From the NCBI GenBank assembly GCA_002011125.2, contig MTMF02000009.1, forward strand, positions 1,032,989-1,096,988: DNA of 64,000 nucleotides. Direction: 5' to 3'. A program made the position numbers and the translations under genes. Position 1 is the first letter of the stretch; each line of letters begins with the position of its first letter. Origin of the DNA: Candidatus Hydrothermarchaeum profundi (GTDB lineage: Archaea > Hydrothermarchaeota > Hydrothermarchaeia > Hydrothermarchaeales > Hydrothermarchaeaceae). Of this stretch, positions 50,991-61,101 are shown piece by piece. The notes below the pieces were generated by a model. That model saw nothing but the letters and a program-made list of their open reading frames with translations, was not told the origin of the DNA and did no database searches.

Positions 50991-52235
50991 ATGAGAGTAC
51001 TACTAGTTCATCCATCTTTTCCCTATAAGGGTAGAGACCTTTTCCCTATCGGTCTGGGTTATTTGGCGTCAGTAATTAAAGATAGGGCAGAGATTTTAGT
51101 GATAGATGACCCGGTAGAGCCTTTTGATGCTGAGAAGGTTAAAAAATTCAGGCCAGATATTATTGGTATCTCCTCTACTACGCCGTCTTTTTCAAGAGCA
51201 GCTGAGATAATAGGTAAAATTAGAGCTCTAGGCATCGAAACTACCCTAGTAGTTGGAGGAGTCCATGCTACCTTTAGACCAGAAGATGCATTAGCAGCCG
51301 GGGCAGATATTGTTGTTAGGGGGGAAGGAGAGATAGCTTTTTCCAAGATAGTTGGAGGACATGATTTGTCTACGATAAGAGGAGTATCTTACAGCGATAA
51401 TGGGATAAAGCACAATCCCGATGAGAAGCTAATCGAGGACCTTGATAAAATACCTTACCCCGCCTATGAATTTTTTCCTATACACAGCTACGGTATAATG
51501 TCGATAGTTACTAGCAGGGGGTGCCCTTACTCCTGCACGTATTGCTCTGCCACAAGATTTTGGAGACATAAAGTAAGATTTCGATCTCCAAAGAATGTTA
51601 TCGGAGAGCTCGAGAAGATAGTTGAGTTAAACCATAAGAGGATTAAATTTATGGACAGTACCTTTACTTTGGACAAGGAGAGGGCAATTAAAATATGTGA
51701 GGGTATTATAGAGAAGGGACTCGATATAATATGGAGCTGTGAAACTAGGGCAGATCATTTAGATGACGAGCTATTACAAGCTCTTTCAGAAGCCGGATGT
51801 AATCTATTATGCATAGGAGTCGACTCGGGCTCTCAAGAGATACTAGATAAAAGCAAAAGGCGGATGAAAGTCTCTACGATTGTAGACGCTTTTGATAAGG
51901 CAAGGAAATATGGCATTAAAACAAGGGCATATGTAACTTTCGGGTTACCTGGAGAAAACAAGCAGTCACCAGAGACAACTATTAGGCTTTTAGAAAGGAT
52001 TAAACCAGGTCAAACGTTGCTATCCTTAGCAACCTCTTATCCTGGCACAGAGCTTTATGACGGGAAACATATAGATGTTCATCCCAGTTGGGTATCAAAA
52101 TTTCATGGTCATGGTTTAGGAGCTAAATTATATTTACCGGAAACTCTTAGTAAAAGGGATTACATAAGGCTTGCAGACTATATGTACAGGGAAGTAAAGA
52201 GAATAAATAGGCTTTCAAGTACCCAAGGTATCTAA
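50991..52235 (+). CDS. cobalamin-binding radical SAM protein (class B)
   Basis: PIGLGYLAS, VGGVHATF, VRGEGE, TSRGCPYSCTYC, FGLPGE. Confidence 0.92.
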   Translation: MRVLLVHPSFPYKGRDLFPIGLGYLASVIKDRAEILVIDDPVEPFDAEKVKKFRPDIIGISSTTPSFSRAAEIIGKIRALGIETTLVVGGVHATFRPEDALAAGADIVVRGEGEIAFSKIVGGHDLSTIRGVSYSDNGIKHNPDEKLIEDLDKIPYPAYEFFPIHSYGIMSIVTSRGCPYSCTYCSATRFWRHKVRFRSPKNVIGELEKIVELNHKRIKFMDSTFTLDKERAIKICEGIIEKGLDIIWSCETRADHLDDELLQALSEAGCNLLCIGVDSGSQEILDKSKRRMKVSTIVDAFDKARKYGIKTRAYVTFGLPGENKQSPETTIRLLERIKPGQTLLSLATSYPGTELYDGKHIDVHPSWVSKFHGHGLGAKLYLPETLSKRDYIRLADYMYREVKRINRLSSTQGI

Positions 52236-52298
52236 ATCTGCAGTGCACTTTGCATCAGAGATGTCGCAGTCTATTCTAAAATTTTAATGTCCTTATTC

Positions 52299-55200
52299 TT
52301 ATGAGAGTTCCTTTATCTTTTCCTCGATTTTTCGTAGCTTTTCCTGGTTTTTCTTTCTTAATTCAGTATAGGTCTTTCTTGATATCATGCCACTGCTATG
52401 TTGCTTCTTTAGGGTTTCTAACAGCTTCTTTATTCTCTCCTTTTCCCTTCTAAGTTCTATAAGCTCATCAGACATTTTTGGCGGGACATTCTGTGGTATA
52501 GTTGTAGAGGGCTTAGATTTTTTAGCAGGCTTCTGTTCAACTTTTCTAGGAGGACCTATCCGCATAGCAGTTTTCTCCGCAAAACTTTCAAATTTCTTGT
52601 ACCACTTCATGCCGAAGTATACAACGAGACCTATTGTGAGGATAAAGAAAAACGCAGTAATGCCAATCCACATGTATGGAGTCTCGGGAGTAGGAGTAGG
52701 CGTCTCTGTAGGAACAACTTTGACTACTTCTACAGGAGTAGCTTTATCGAGAATACTGTTAACCTGATCTATATATTTTAAGCATCTCTCTATAGATTCT
52801 AGTACTTTGGGATACTCGCCATTTTTCAGATACTCCTCCGCATTGAAAATTTCATTCGCAGCTTTATCTAGTAAATCTAAGGAGTTAGAAACATTTTTTC
52901 CCTCGCTTATTGCTTTGAATACTCTCCTCTCAACTGTTCTTAATCTTTCATTGGCAGCATCTATTTCAAATTCAAAAAGTTCCTGCTTTGAGTCAAAAAT
53001 ACGCAGAATAATATCCTTTTCATCTGTTGCTTCAGTTGAAACAACTTTAACGGTTAAAATTCTAGGACCTGGAGAAGCGTTTTGGGGAACCTTAATCTCT
53101 ATAAGGACATCAAATATATCTGCAGGAAGAAGTTCCGATGTTTGGTATTTTATCATCTCATACCAATCTTCAGGGATTCCGGTAAGACTAGCCTCAACCG
53201 AATGTAGGGTTTCAGTTCCAGAATTATTCACAGTGGCAACAAGATATACCCAGCCCCCTCTCTCTAATAAGATCTCTTCAGGATGAATATCTTCAATCTT
53301 GATTTCTGTTTTTTTGAGTATCTCCTCCTCTTCAGTAACTCCTCCACCACCGCCACCACCTATTATGGGTGGAGGCAATACTTCAGCAGCGCCTCCACTA
53401 ACAATCAAAGGGATCTCGGCAACGGCAGGTGGCTTCTCAGGGTCGTATATTACTGTTCCCCGTAGCGTATATTCCCCGGGATCTAACTCTACATTGGTGA
53501 AATTCCTCTCGAATCTAAGCTCTACTCCGGGTGGAGGATTTTTAACCGTCTCCGTATAACTATAAGACGTGCCTACGATTGTATAAGTAAGAGGCAGATC
53601 CTGGATATTCGGGTCTCCAAAATAAGTAAGCAAAATAGTGAAATCTGCATTATCTCCTTTATTTATTTCTATTTTACTCTCAGCAAACCTAATATCCGTT
53701 ACACCATATTTTATTCTGAATACTTCGATATCCCACGCCCTCATAGTACCTACCTTAACCTCAAGAAAAGCCAAATAAGAGTCGACTGCAGTATTACTCG
53801 GATTAAGGTCCTCGGTATACCTATATAAGCCGTCACTAACTTTTGTCATATTTCCGATCTCAAGCCTCCTCCACACATCATAGGTAGAATTCCTGATAAC
53901 TAAGGTTAAAGAATCAGGCTCAACTCCTAGACCCGTACCCGCGTCTAGTACTTGAACAGTTATTTCCATGGTTACATTTTCGGTTGTGCTTAGATAATAG
54001 GTAGGTTGTACTCCTATCTTCACAAACAAGCTTTGATATACATCGAAGAGCACTATCTCCTCAGCTTGGGACGCTCCATACCTTGCGGTACCTTCCAGTC
54101 TATATGTTCCCGGAGTCGCGTTAATATCTAATGGGATATCTGCTATCTTAGAGGGGCTAACTACATCTGTGAAGGTTGCATTATAGATTATGTTTCCATC
54201 AGGGTCTTTTAGGAGTAAAGAAACGTTAGCTCCATCTAGATATTGTCCATCAGCATTTTTTATCTCTCCCTTTACCGATACTGTATCGCCCGCCCTATAC
54301 GGTCCCCCAGGATATAAATCGAATTGCAATGCTCCGCCTTCTAATACTGTAAATGTATCTATCACAGTACTTGAAATCGGTCCATAATATGCGGTCGCTG
54401 TAACAATATATGTACCCGAAGTTGCATTATTAGGTAAGGTATACTCAGACTTATATGCTGGTCCAGGGATCAAAGTTGAATTTTCTTCGTATAAGATAGT
54501 GTTATCTAGTGATACTGTAACTGTGAGATAGTCAACCTGGAAGAGTTGATTGTCCTTAAGGACCGTGCTAAGTATCGTTACGTTTTCGCCTGGATAGTAT
54601 AAATCTCCTGCACTTGTATCAACCGATAAACTACCGACGAAAAATACCCCAGAATCATAAGCAAAGACATTCTGCCCAATATCTGTATAATTGACATCTA
54701 CACTCCAGTAATAGAATCCTTCTACGCCTGTAAACTTGAAGCTTGTTGAACTAATACCCTCTGAGGATGTAACTAAATATTTCGGCCAGCTTCCATCTAA
54801 CCCAAAGTGATTACCGCTTTCATTGTTTAGTAGAATATCAACGATTGCAGTCGCAGCCTCTATTGGTTCTCCTATAAGATCAGTTACATTGACTTGCATA
54901 CTGCCCGAGTCATCTGGTTCAAAAATAGTTGAGCTAGTGAGTACAGTGAGTCTGAGTTTTGCGAACACACTAAAGTTTTTTGCATCGGATTCTCCCCATC
55001 CTCCAGCAGAGTCTTGTGAGTATACTACTATAGTATAATTTCCTCTGAGTAGAGTATCCTGATAATTCGCAGTCCAATTTGAAGAGTTTTCAGGATCATT
55101 ATAAAGATCTATTTGGTGAATATTACCGAAAGAGTCTGTTATATTAGCTTTAACCCATTCGATTCCTTTGCCAATCCTATCCGTCAAGTTTGCTTTTATA

Positions 55201-58190
55201 GTAACTGAGCCATTTTGCTCTATAAGCTGTGGTGAGACTTCAAAATCAATTAAAGGTCCTAGTTCTACTCGTAGATATACCGAAATATTTTGTGAAGTAG
55301 GGATAGATCCTGCGTCAATAGCGTCTACAGTAAACACAGCTACATAAGTGTTCCCAGCGTTAGCGTCCTGGGTGTCAAATTGGATATTGAAAAGATGTGT
55401 TGAGCTGTTTTCGACTATAAAAGTTGTTTCATTAGGAAAGAGATATGCGCTTCCATTTCCAGATGAAGTAATGCTGAAGTTTATAGGTACATTTCCCGTG
55501 TTATTTATTTCCACTTCGCAGTTAAATATCTCTCCAGTTTTATTTGGCGGCGCGGCGTCTTCGCATATTTCGCGACTCAGCGTCCATGTTCTCGATTCAG
55601 GTACTTCCACACTAAGAATTATTGTATCTCTGCCATCTTCACTTGTATCGCTCGAATTGACTTCTACAATACCACTATAGTTTCCAGGAGGATATCCTTC
55701 TGGGATTGTAACATTTATCTCTACAGACTCAGAGGCTGCTGGATTTATCGATGCGAAATAATCAGGGTAAAGGGTTACATTGAATTCACTGCATACTACT
55801 CCAGAGCCACAGGAGGCATATACCTCTTCTACCTTGTAGTTTCCAATAGATTCTACTGTAAATGTTCCTACAGAACCTGAAGTGCCTTCCTGAATACTCG
55901 AGTATAGAAGGTCCTGTACTATATTTATTACGGGATTTTGAAGTACTTCCACTGTTAATGTATCTTGAGAATAACTTTCATTTCCATCGAAATTCATCCA
56001 CTCAGCTGTAGCATTTATGGTATAATTGCCGGGTGAGGTAGCAGCAGGTGCGGTTACCCTAATATCCTTGATACAAGGACTACTGCCCGGAAAAAGATCA
56101 GGGCAGTTAATTTTATTATCACTATAATTAGTACTCCATCCAGCTGAGCTGAATGAGATAGTAATATTGACTGAGGTAGCTGAACCCAGACCAGTATTTG
56201 TTACATTTACTTGGATGTCGAAGCTTTGATTATCGTTCTGAGTTATCCCATCAATATATGTGGTATTTGTGACAATACTCGTTTCGAGAGTAGTATTCTC
56301 AGCTTGATAGGTAGTGAAATTAACGGTTGAAGTGCCCGTATTGTTGCTTTTAGTAAGATTACAAGTTAAGTTCCATACTCCAACTTCGCTAGGAGATGAA
56401 TAGTTTATATAATATACTCCATTGTCGCTGTCAAACGATATATTATCTACTTCTGTCACCTTCGTGTATTCGGATGAATTATAATACTCGCAATACAAAT
56501 TTCCAAAAATTTTTGTGTCATTTCTATAGTTTTGAACTGTTACATTAGCCCTGAAAGTTGTTTGATTAACTAGGCCCACGTTATACGTCGGAGGCCAAAA
56601 GATAATTTCAATATTAAAAGTCTTAGAAAGATAAAAAGTGGTAGTAGTAGTGTTTAGCACTTGCCCATTGCTATTATAGACATACGCGGTTATTGTCCAA
56701 TTTCCTTCTACACTATCGGCCTGAAATGTATAAGTGTTAGAATAAACATTATCATTTGGAAGTTGGTCTCCGTGGGTTCCATCGTCATATAAAACTAAGG
56801 TTATATCATCGTTTGGGTTAGTAGTTCCCATATCTAACGTGGCATTTACAGAAGAGGTCTGGTTAAAATTATCCTCTGTGATATTCACAGTGATCAACGC
56901 AGTCTCATTTCTATTATAATATGGATAATCGGTTTTTACTTCAACACTTGCAGACCAGCTCTCAAGATTTCCCTGAGTTATTATGATGTTGTTTATTAGT
57001 CTATTTCTAAGTTCTAAAATAGGTTCATGGGATTCGATATCGTTAAAGTATATTACCGCTGTATCAGATATAGTATCTCCTTTTGAAAGGCTTTTTGACG
57101 AGAGATATATTCCAATTCTCGTATTGGAATCTTTGTTAGCGTAGTAATCCCCTCCGCTTTTATTTAAATTAATAACACCTATCCCTAAACCATTATCGAA
57201 AATTGAATAATAAGAATAGGGTTCGGTAGTAGTTCCCTGGATTTTATCAGGAGTTGGCGTGCCTATAGTAGACCTCCCTGTATCTAGAGCAAGAGCTGTA
57301 GTGTATGATCCTGATCCTCGAGAAATAGAATCGTTAGCCGTGAATCGCTGTTCGATTTTTATCCATTGATTATCCTCATAAAACACATATCTTTTTGTCA
57401 TGTTTCCTTTATTCGTATATTGTGGAGTAGTTTCCCCACTTGACCCCCATAATATTTCATCTCCTTCTTGTTCGATTATTTTCCTAATAGGGCCATCAGA
57501 TATAACCCTGAAGTTTTTCCTGAAATCATACTCATAATACTCGCCTGAAACACTACTATAGTAACGTATGTATTCTATTGGTAATTGGCTAGTAGGAGCA
57601 TTGAAGATAATCTCTCCGGTATCTCTTAATTTTGCAAAATACATACCAGCGGTCCTATTGAGATGGTTATAGGTATCTACTTTTATCTCTAACTTTGAGG
57701 TATTAACCCAGAACTCTTCCCCACTCTTGTTCACAAACGATAGTTCAGTGGTGTAGTTAGGAGGAGACTTTCCGTTTTCTATTGTATCAAAATAAATATA
57801 ATAATAATAGAGGGTGTTCTCAGTTCTGTTCCCTGACAAGAGCCAAACTACTTCACCTATAGCGTTTCCATTTGCATCATAGTTGGAATACTCATCAAAT
57901 TGACTTAGTATCCCCTCATTTAAGGAACCGCTGTCTTTAATAGACCCATTATCGTAATATTCTATTACTCTAATGGAATTATTATCAAAGGTTCCATTTA
58001 TTCCAAGAGATGAGAAATTTATAGGGTACTCTACAGGCCAATTAGTTCGGTTGTATGTTGATGTATTTACGATTATTCCAACCCGATAATGCCAACTCGA
58101 GTTCCACCATTCAAAGTTAGTGGCAGAGACATTTTCTAGGTTTAAAAATAAAATTACAGCAACAACTAATAATAGAGCTTTTTTGCTCAT
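52299..58190 (-). CDS. giant (1963 aa) membrane-anchored surface glycoprotein with Ig-like/CARDB-like repeats
   Basis: Signal peptide; WWNSSWHYR N-domain; LYDDGTHGD..ND.VYS Ca-binding-like loop; many N-x-S/T sequons; poly-Gly and PT linkers; C-terminal TM and basic cytoplasmic coiled coil. Confidence 0.88.
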   Translation of the reverse strand: MSKKALLLVVAVILFLNLENVSATNFEWWNSSWHYRVGIIVNTSTYNRTNWPVEYPINFSSLGINGTFDNNSIRVIEYYDNGSIKDSGSLNEGILSQFDEYSNYDANGNAIGEVVWLLSGNRTENTLYYYYIYFDTIENGKSPPNYTTELSFVNKSGEEFWVNTSKLEIKVDTYNHLNRTAGMYFAKLRDTGEIIFNAPTSQLPIEYIRYYSSVSGEYYEYDFRKNFRVISDGPIRKIIEQEGDEILWGSSGETTPQYTNKGNMTKRYVFYEDNQWIKIEQRFTANDSISRGSGSYTTALALDTGRSTIGTPTPDKIQGTTTEPYSYYSIFDNGLGIGVINLNKSGGDYYANKDSNTRIGIYLSSKSLSKGDTISDTAVIYFNDIESHEPILELRNRLINNIIITQGNLESWSASVEVKTDYPYYNRNETALITVNITEDNFNQTSSVNATLDMGTTNPNDDITLVLYDDGTHGDQLPNDNVYSNTYTFQADSVEGNWTITAYVYNSNGQVLNTTTTTFYLSKTFNIEIIFWPPTYNVGLVNQTTFRANVTVQNYRNDTKIFGNLYCEYYNSSEYTKVTEVDNISFDSDNGVYYINYSSPSEVGVWNLTCNLTKSNNTGTSTVNFTTYQAENTTLETSIVTNTTYIDGITQNDNQSFDIQVNVTNTGLGSATSVNITISFSSAGWSTNYSDNKINCPDLFPGSSPCIKDIRVTAPAATSPGNYTINATAEWMNFDGNESYSQDTLTVEVLQNPVINIVQDLLYSSIQEGTSGSVGTFTVESIGNYKVEEVYASCGSGVVCSEFNVTLYPDYFASINPAASESVEINVTIPEGYPPGNYSGIVEVNSSDTSEDGRDTIILSVEVPESRTWTLSREICEDAAPPNKTGEIFNCEVEINNTGNVPINFSITSSGNGSAYLFPNETTFIVENSSTHLFNIQFDTQDANAGNTYVAVFTVDAIDAGSIPTSQNISVYLRVELGPLIDFEVSPQLIEQNGSVTIKANLTDRIGKGIEWVKANITDSFGNIHQIDLYNDPENSSNWTANYQDTLLRGNYTIVVYSQDSAGGWGESDAKNFSVFAKLRLTVLTSSTIFEPDDSGSMQVNVTDLIGEPIEAATAIVDILLNNESGNHFGLDGSWPKYLVTSSEGISSTSFKFTGVEGFYYWSVDVNYTDIGQNVFAYDSGVFFVGSLSVDTSAGDLYYPGENVTILSTVLKDNQLFQVDYLTVTVSLDNTILYEENSTLIPGPAYKSEYTLPNNATSGTYIVTATAYYGPISSTVIDTFTVLEGGALQFDLYPGGPYRAGDTVSVKGEIKNADGQYLDGANVSLLLKDPDGNIIYNATFTDVVSPSKIADIPLDINATPGTYRLEGTARYGASQAEEIVLFDVYQSLFVKIGVQPTYYLSTTENVTMEITVQVLDAGTGLGVEPDSLTLVIRNSTYDVWRRLEIGNMTKVSDGLYRYTEDLNPSNTAVDSYLAFLEVKVGTMRAWDIEVFRIKYGVTDIRFAESKIEINKGDNADFTILLTYFGDPNIQDLPLTYTIVGTSYSYTETVKNPPPGVELRFERNFTNVELDPGEYTLRGTVIYDPEKPPAVAEIPLIVSGGAAEVLPPPIIGGGGGGGVTEEEEILKKTEIKIEDIHPEEILLERGGWVYLVATVNNSGTETLHSVEASLTGIPEDWYEMIKYQTSELLPADIFDVLIEIKVPQNASPGPRILTVKVVSTEATDEKDIILRIFDSKQELFEFEIDAANERLRTVERRVFKAISEGKNVSNSLDLLDKAANEIFNAEEYLKNGEYPKVLESIERCLKYIDQVNSILDKATPVEVVKVVPTETPTPTPETPYMWIGITAFFFILTIGLVVYFGMKWYKKFESFAEKTAMRIGPPRKVEQKPAKKSKPSTTIPQNVPPKMSDELIELRREKERIKKLLETLKKQHSSGMISRKTYTELRKKNQEKLRKIEEKIKELS

Positions 58191-58209
58191 TTCTTTTCTC
58201 CTGAATTAA

Positions 58210-58266
58210 TATATGTTGAGATATTATTATATGTTGAGCATATAAAGTAAATACACGTATATACTT
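58210..58266 (-). promoter_or_regulatory. promoter of the giant surface protein gene with direct repeat TATATGTTGAG x2
   Basis: Repeats at 58210-58220 and 58228-58238; minus-strand TTTATA box at about 58241-58246; box AAGTATATACGTGTAT at 58266-58251. Confidence 0.6.
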
Positions 58267-58283
58267 AGAATTTCTACAACCTT

Positions 58284-59294
58284 TTATTCTAAAATAATAA
58301 GAGTCACAATGCTTATGTTACGTTTAATATATTCAAATATCTCTCTTACATCGCTTATCAATTCTTTGATCGTGTGTTCTTCTGGTTTAACGACAATTTC
58401 TTTAACCTTTGCTACCCTTGTGAGAGCCTGTCTTTCTATTGGGGGGTTCTCCCCATAATTGGTAATTTCTCTTTCAGTTACATATAACTCCTTCATGGCA
58501 TCTTCTATTTCATCTAGAGTTTCTAGGGCTTTTTCTCTATTCTTAGTCCGCCATGCTTCAATTGATGCTCTGTGACACTCTAGTGCCTTTTCAAAGAAAT
58601 AAGCTATTTTTTCGTTATTTTTAGTATAATGAAAATCAATATTCGAGGAGAGTTTAGCCATATCCCTGAGATTCTCTACAAATAGAGTATAATATACAGG
58701 GTCTTTAGATTTAAGTTGCATGTCAGAAGACGCCTTTACGCTACTAGACGCTGCAATTAAATTTCTAACAAGAGTATAATACAGCTTATCGGTTTCTTGT
58801 ATTCTTTTTATAGTTTCCAGTTCAGAAGCATTATTCTCTTTATAGGCCGTTTTTAAGGATTTCAAATGGTTAGTAACTATTAACGAAAATCTACCTAATA
58901 TTTTCTTCAAAGGCATCGCTGTTCCGCCAAAATATTCTATAACAACTTTTTTTCCACTTGCTTCTGTGATCTCAAGTCCAGAGAGATTGCGTATTGTGTT
59001 ATATATCGTATCCATAATTTCTGGATCTATATTCCTATCCGAAGGTACTATTCTAATTATCTCGGCTCCATTTATATAGTGGTCAATAATACTCTTATCT
59101 AGGTGTCTACACCGGGTAATATCTACCTGAAGTCTCTTCGTCTTGGTAATTTTAGGCCTTAAAATCAGTTCTCCCGTCTGGAGTTCCTCTACTTCCACGA
59201 CCTTTCCTTTAGAAAGTTGGGCTTTCTCTACCCAAGGTTTAGGTAAGGATACTACCAGACTGGAATCCCCCATTTTTATGATCTTGCGTTCCAC
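58284..59294 (-). CDS. AbrB/SpoVT-PhoU-like archaeal regulator
   Basis: N-terminal ERKIIKMGDSSLVVSLPKPWV (AbrB), YING...LSGLEI, helical PhoU-like C-terminal part. Confidence 0.82.
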   Translation of the reverse strand: MERKIIKMGDSSLVVSLPKPWVEKAQLSKGKVVEVEELQTGELILRPKITKTKRLQVDITRCRHLDKSIIDHYINGAEIIRIVPSDRNIDPEIMDTIYNTIRNLSGLEITEASGKKVVIEYFGGTAMPLKKILGRFSLIVTNHLKSLKTAYKENNASELETIKRIQETDKLYYTLVRNLIAASSSVKASSDMQLKSKDPVYYTLFVENLRDMAKLSSNIDFHYTKNNEKIAYFFEKALECHRASIEAWRTKNREKALETLDEIEDAMKELYVTEREITNYGENPPIERQALTRVAKVKEIVVKPEEHTIKELISDVREIFEYIKRNISIVTLIILE

Positions 59295-59304
59295 AAAAAA
59301 TTAA

Positions 59305-59367
59305 AAGTATATACGTATATATAAAGTATTTCCAATATACATATAAAAATAGAATATCTCAATATAT
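59305..59367. promoter_or_regulatory. divergent promoter region carrying all three shared motifs of the locus
   Basis: AAGTATATACGTATAT (59305-59320), 29-mer (59317-59345) and AATATCTCAATATAT (59353-59367); each is matched at 58.2 kb or 61.1 kb. Confidence 0.6.
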
Positions 59368-59371
59368 TCAC

Positions 59372-59593
59372 ATGAAACTTTCCGAGGTAGATAAGAAAAT
59401 TTTAGATTTTTTAACGAGACATAATAACCATGGACTAGTTTCTACATATAAACTTGCAAAAGAAACAGGGATTTCATGGGCAACAGCGATTACACATTGT
59501 TACAAACTGAAGTCTTATGGATATATAGAGGGGAGGGCTGAAAAGCCTAAATATGGGGATAAGGATACAATGGTTTGGTGGATCCCTAAATAG
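59372..59593 (+). CDS. small winged-helix DNA-binding protein
   Basis: LSEVDKKILDFL...STYKLAKETGISWATAITHCYKLKSYGYI plus a wing ending VWWI. Confidence 0.85.
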   Translation: MKLSEVDKKILDFLTRHNNHGLVSTYKLAKETGISWATAITHCYKLKSYGYIEGRAEKPKYGDKDTMVWWIPK

Positions 59594-59597
59594 TTTT

Positions 59598-60353
59598 TTA
59601 TCTCAGTTTTCCCCCAGAGGCTAATGTAGTGTATAGTGGGGACCTGATCGAGAGCCCCTTGTCAGTTATATCATAAACTCTAATTTCTCTTGAATGAGGT
59701 ATCCATCTCATTTTGATAATCTGGATAGTATGAAGGTAATGGCTTAATTCTTCCGTATGATAACGGCTTAATAAAATTAGACCATCAGCTACGTATTCTG
59801 CGATACCATATTTTGTAGTTATACCATCTGGGGAAACTTCTGCAACTAATAGTGCGGTAGCACCTATCTCACTTATTATCCTCCGTAAGTTTAAAATTCG
59901 TGTCCGCCTTTCAAGCTCGCTCGTACAGACATCATTAAACTCGGTGATTGAATCAATTGCTATAATTTCTGCTTTGGAATTTTTGATAACTTTTGGCAAT
60001 TCTTCTAATGAACTCGAGTATAATCCTCCCGCACTTAAAATATCTGGGGAGAGGGTAGGTAAAGCGTCAGCAAGCTTAATGCTCGCAATTGTTAGGAGAT
60101 TTTTATCTATAAATTGTTTAAGATCCCATCCGAATCTAAAAGAATTGGTTATTATTGATTCCTCACTATCACTTGCACTTATGAATAAGCAGCGTCTACC
60201 CTCCGTTAGGTTAGCATGGATGAATTGTAGGGCACTTATCGTTTTTCCAGATCCTGCAGGCCCGGCTATCACTACCATTTGGCCAGGTAGAAAACCCCCC
60301 CCTAGCATGCTGTCTAAAACTTCATTACCCGTTGTTATCCTCTTCTCCCTCAT
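59598..60353 (-). CDS. single-domain KaiC/RAD55-family ATPase
   Basis: ITTG...LD.MLGGG, Walker A GPAGSGKT, Walker B IAIDSIT, EYVADGLILL, KMR. Confidence 0.92.
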   Translation of the reverse strand: MREKRITTGNEVLDSMLGGGFLPGQMVVIAGPAGSGKTISALQFIHANLTEGRRCLFISASDSEESIITNSFRFGWDLKQFIDKNLLTIASIKLADALPTLSPDILSAGGLYSSSLEELPKVIKNSKAEIIAIDSITEFNDVCTSELERRTRILNLRRIISEIGATALLVAEVSPDGITTKYGIAEYVADGLILLSRYHTEELSHYLHTIQIIKMRWIPHSREIRVYDITDKGLSIRSPLYTTLASGGKLR

Positions 60354-60889
60354 ATTGACCTCGCTATTAACGGTTCAATCTGTGTTCCCATTATCGCCTT
60401 TGGAGTAAAACCTACAAGCTTAACTGCTTTTTTTATTACCTCTTCTATCTGTTTATTTGTTTTCTTTTTTGATAACCTCGTGCTTAAGATATTTCCGTTA
60501 GAGTCATAAATAGTTAAAAGATGCTTTTTTTCTCCGTTTACAACAGTTATAGATTCATTAATATACCACGTATCTGAATGGGGCCTTAGTGTATAGGAGT
60601 TTATAAAATAAGAAAATTTCCTCGCCCAATTGTGAACTGTAACATGCGATACGTCTATTCCACAGCTTTTAAGATATTTTGAGACATCTCTGTAGGTTTT
60701 TTTATAACGGTAGTGGAGGATAAGTCCAAAAGTTATTATTGTGTTTGGAAATCTCATTTTGGAAAAGTAGGTATCAGTTTTTGAGGTAAATTGTTTGCCA
60801 CAAGAGGTGCACATATACCTTTGGTAACCTTTTCTATCTAACCCATTCCTTTTTACTAAATTAGAGTGACATCGTGGACAGAAAACCAT
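60350..60889 (-). CDS. IS6-transposase-derived protein (Zn ribbon + HTH + truncated, apparently inactive RNase H domain)
   Basis: CPRC...QRYMCTSCGKQF; TYRDVS...GIDVSHVTVHNW; WYINES instead of WxxDET; ends at 179 aa; ATGA overlap with the KaiC gene. Confidence 0.78.
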   Translation of the reverse strand: MVFCPRCHSNLVKRNGLDRKGYQRYMCTSCGKQFTSKTDTYFSKMRFPNTIITFGLILHYRYKKTYRDVSKYLKSCGIDVSHVTVHNWARKFSYFINSYTLRPHSDTWYINESITVVNGEKKHLLTIYDSNGNILSTRLSKKKTNKQIEEVIKKAVKLVGFTPKAIMGTQIEPLIARSI

Positions 60890-61101
60890 TTACTCTCATT
60901 TTTAATTAAAGTTGAGCGTACTATTTAAGGCTTTTTGTTAAGTTGTAGCATGCTATATGATCGTGGATAGCAAGATTATTAGTAAAAATAACATTCTATA
61001 ATTTAACAAACTAATAAAAATTTCAATTGATAGTGGATTATTCAGTTCAGTTCCTTTAATTAATACTAAAAAACATATCATAACTTAACAAATATATATC
61101 C

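Noticed and set aside
52237-52259. Small hairpin TCTG-CA-GTGCA-CTT-TGCAT-CAGA between convergent genes
   Set aside because: Weak bulged stem with a 3-nt loop; not enough to call a terminator or ncRNA.
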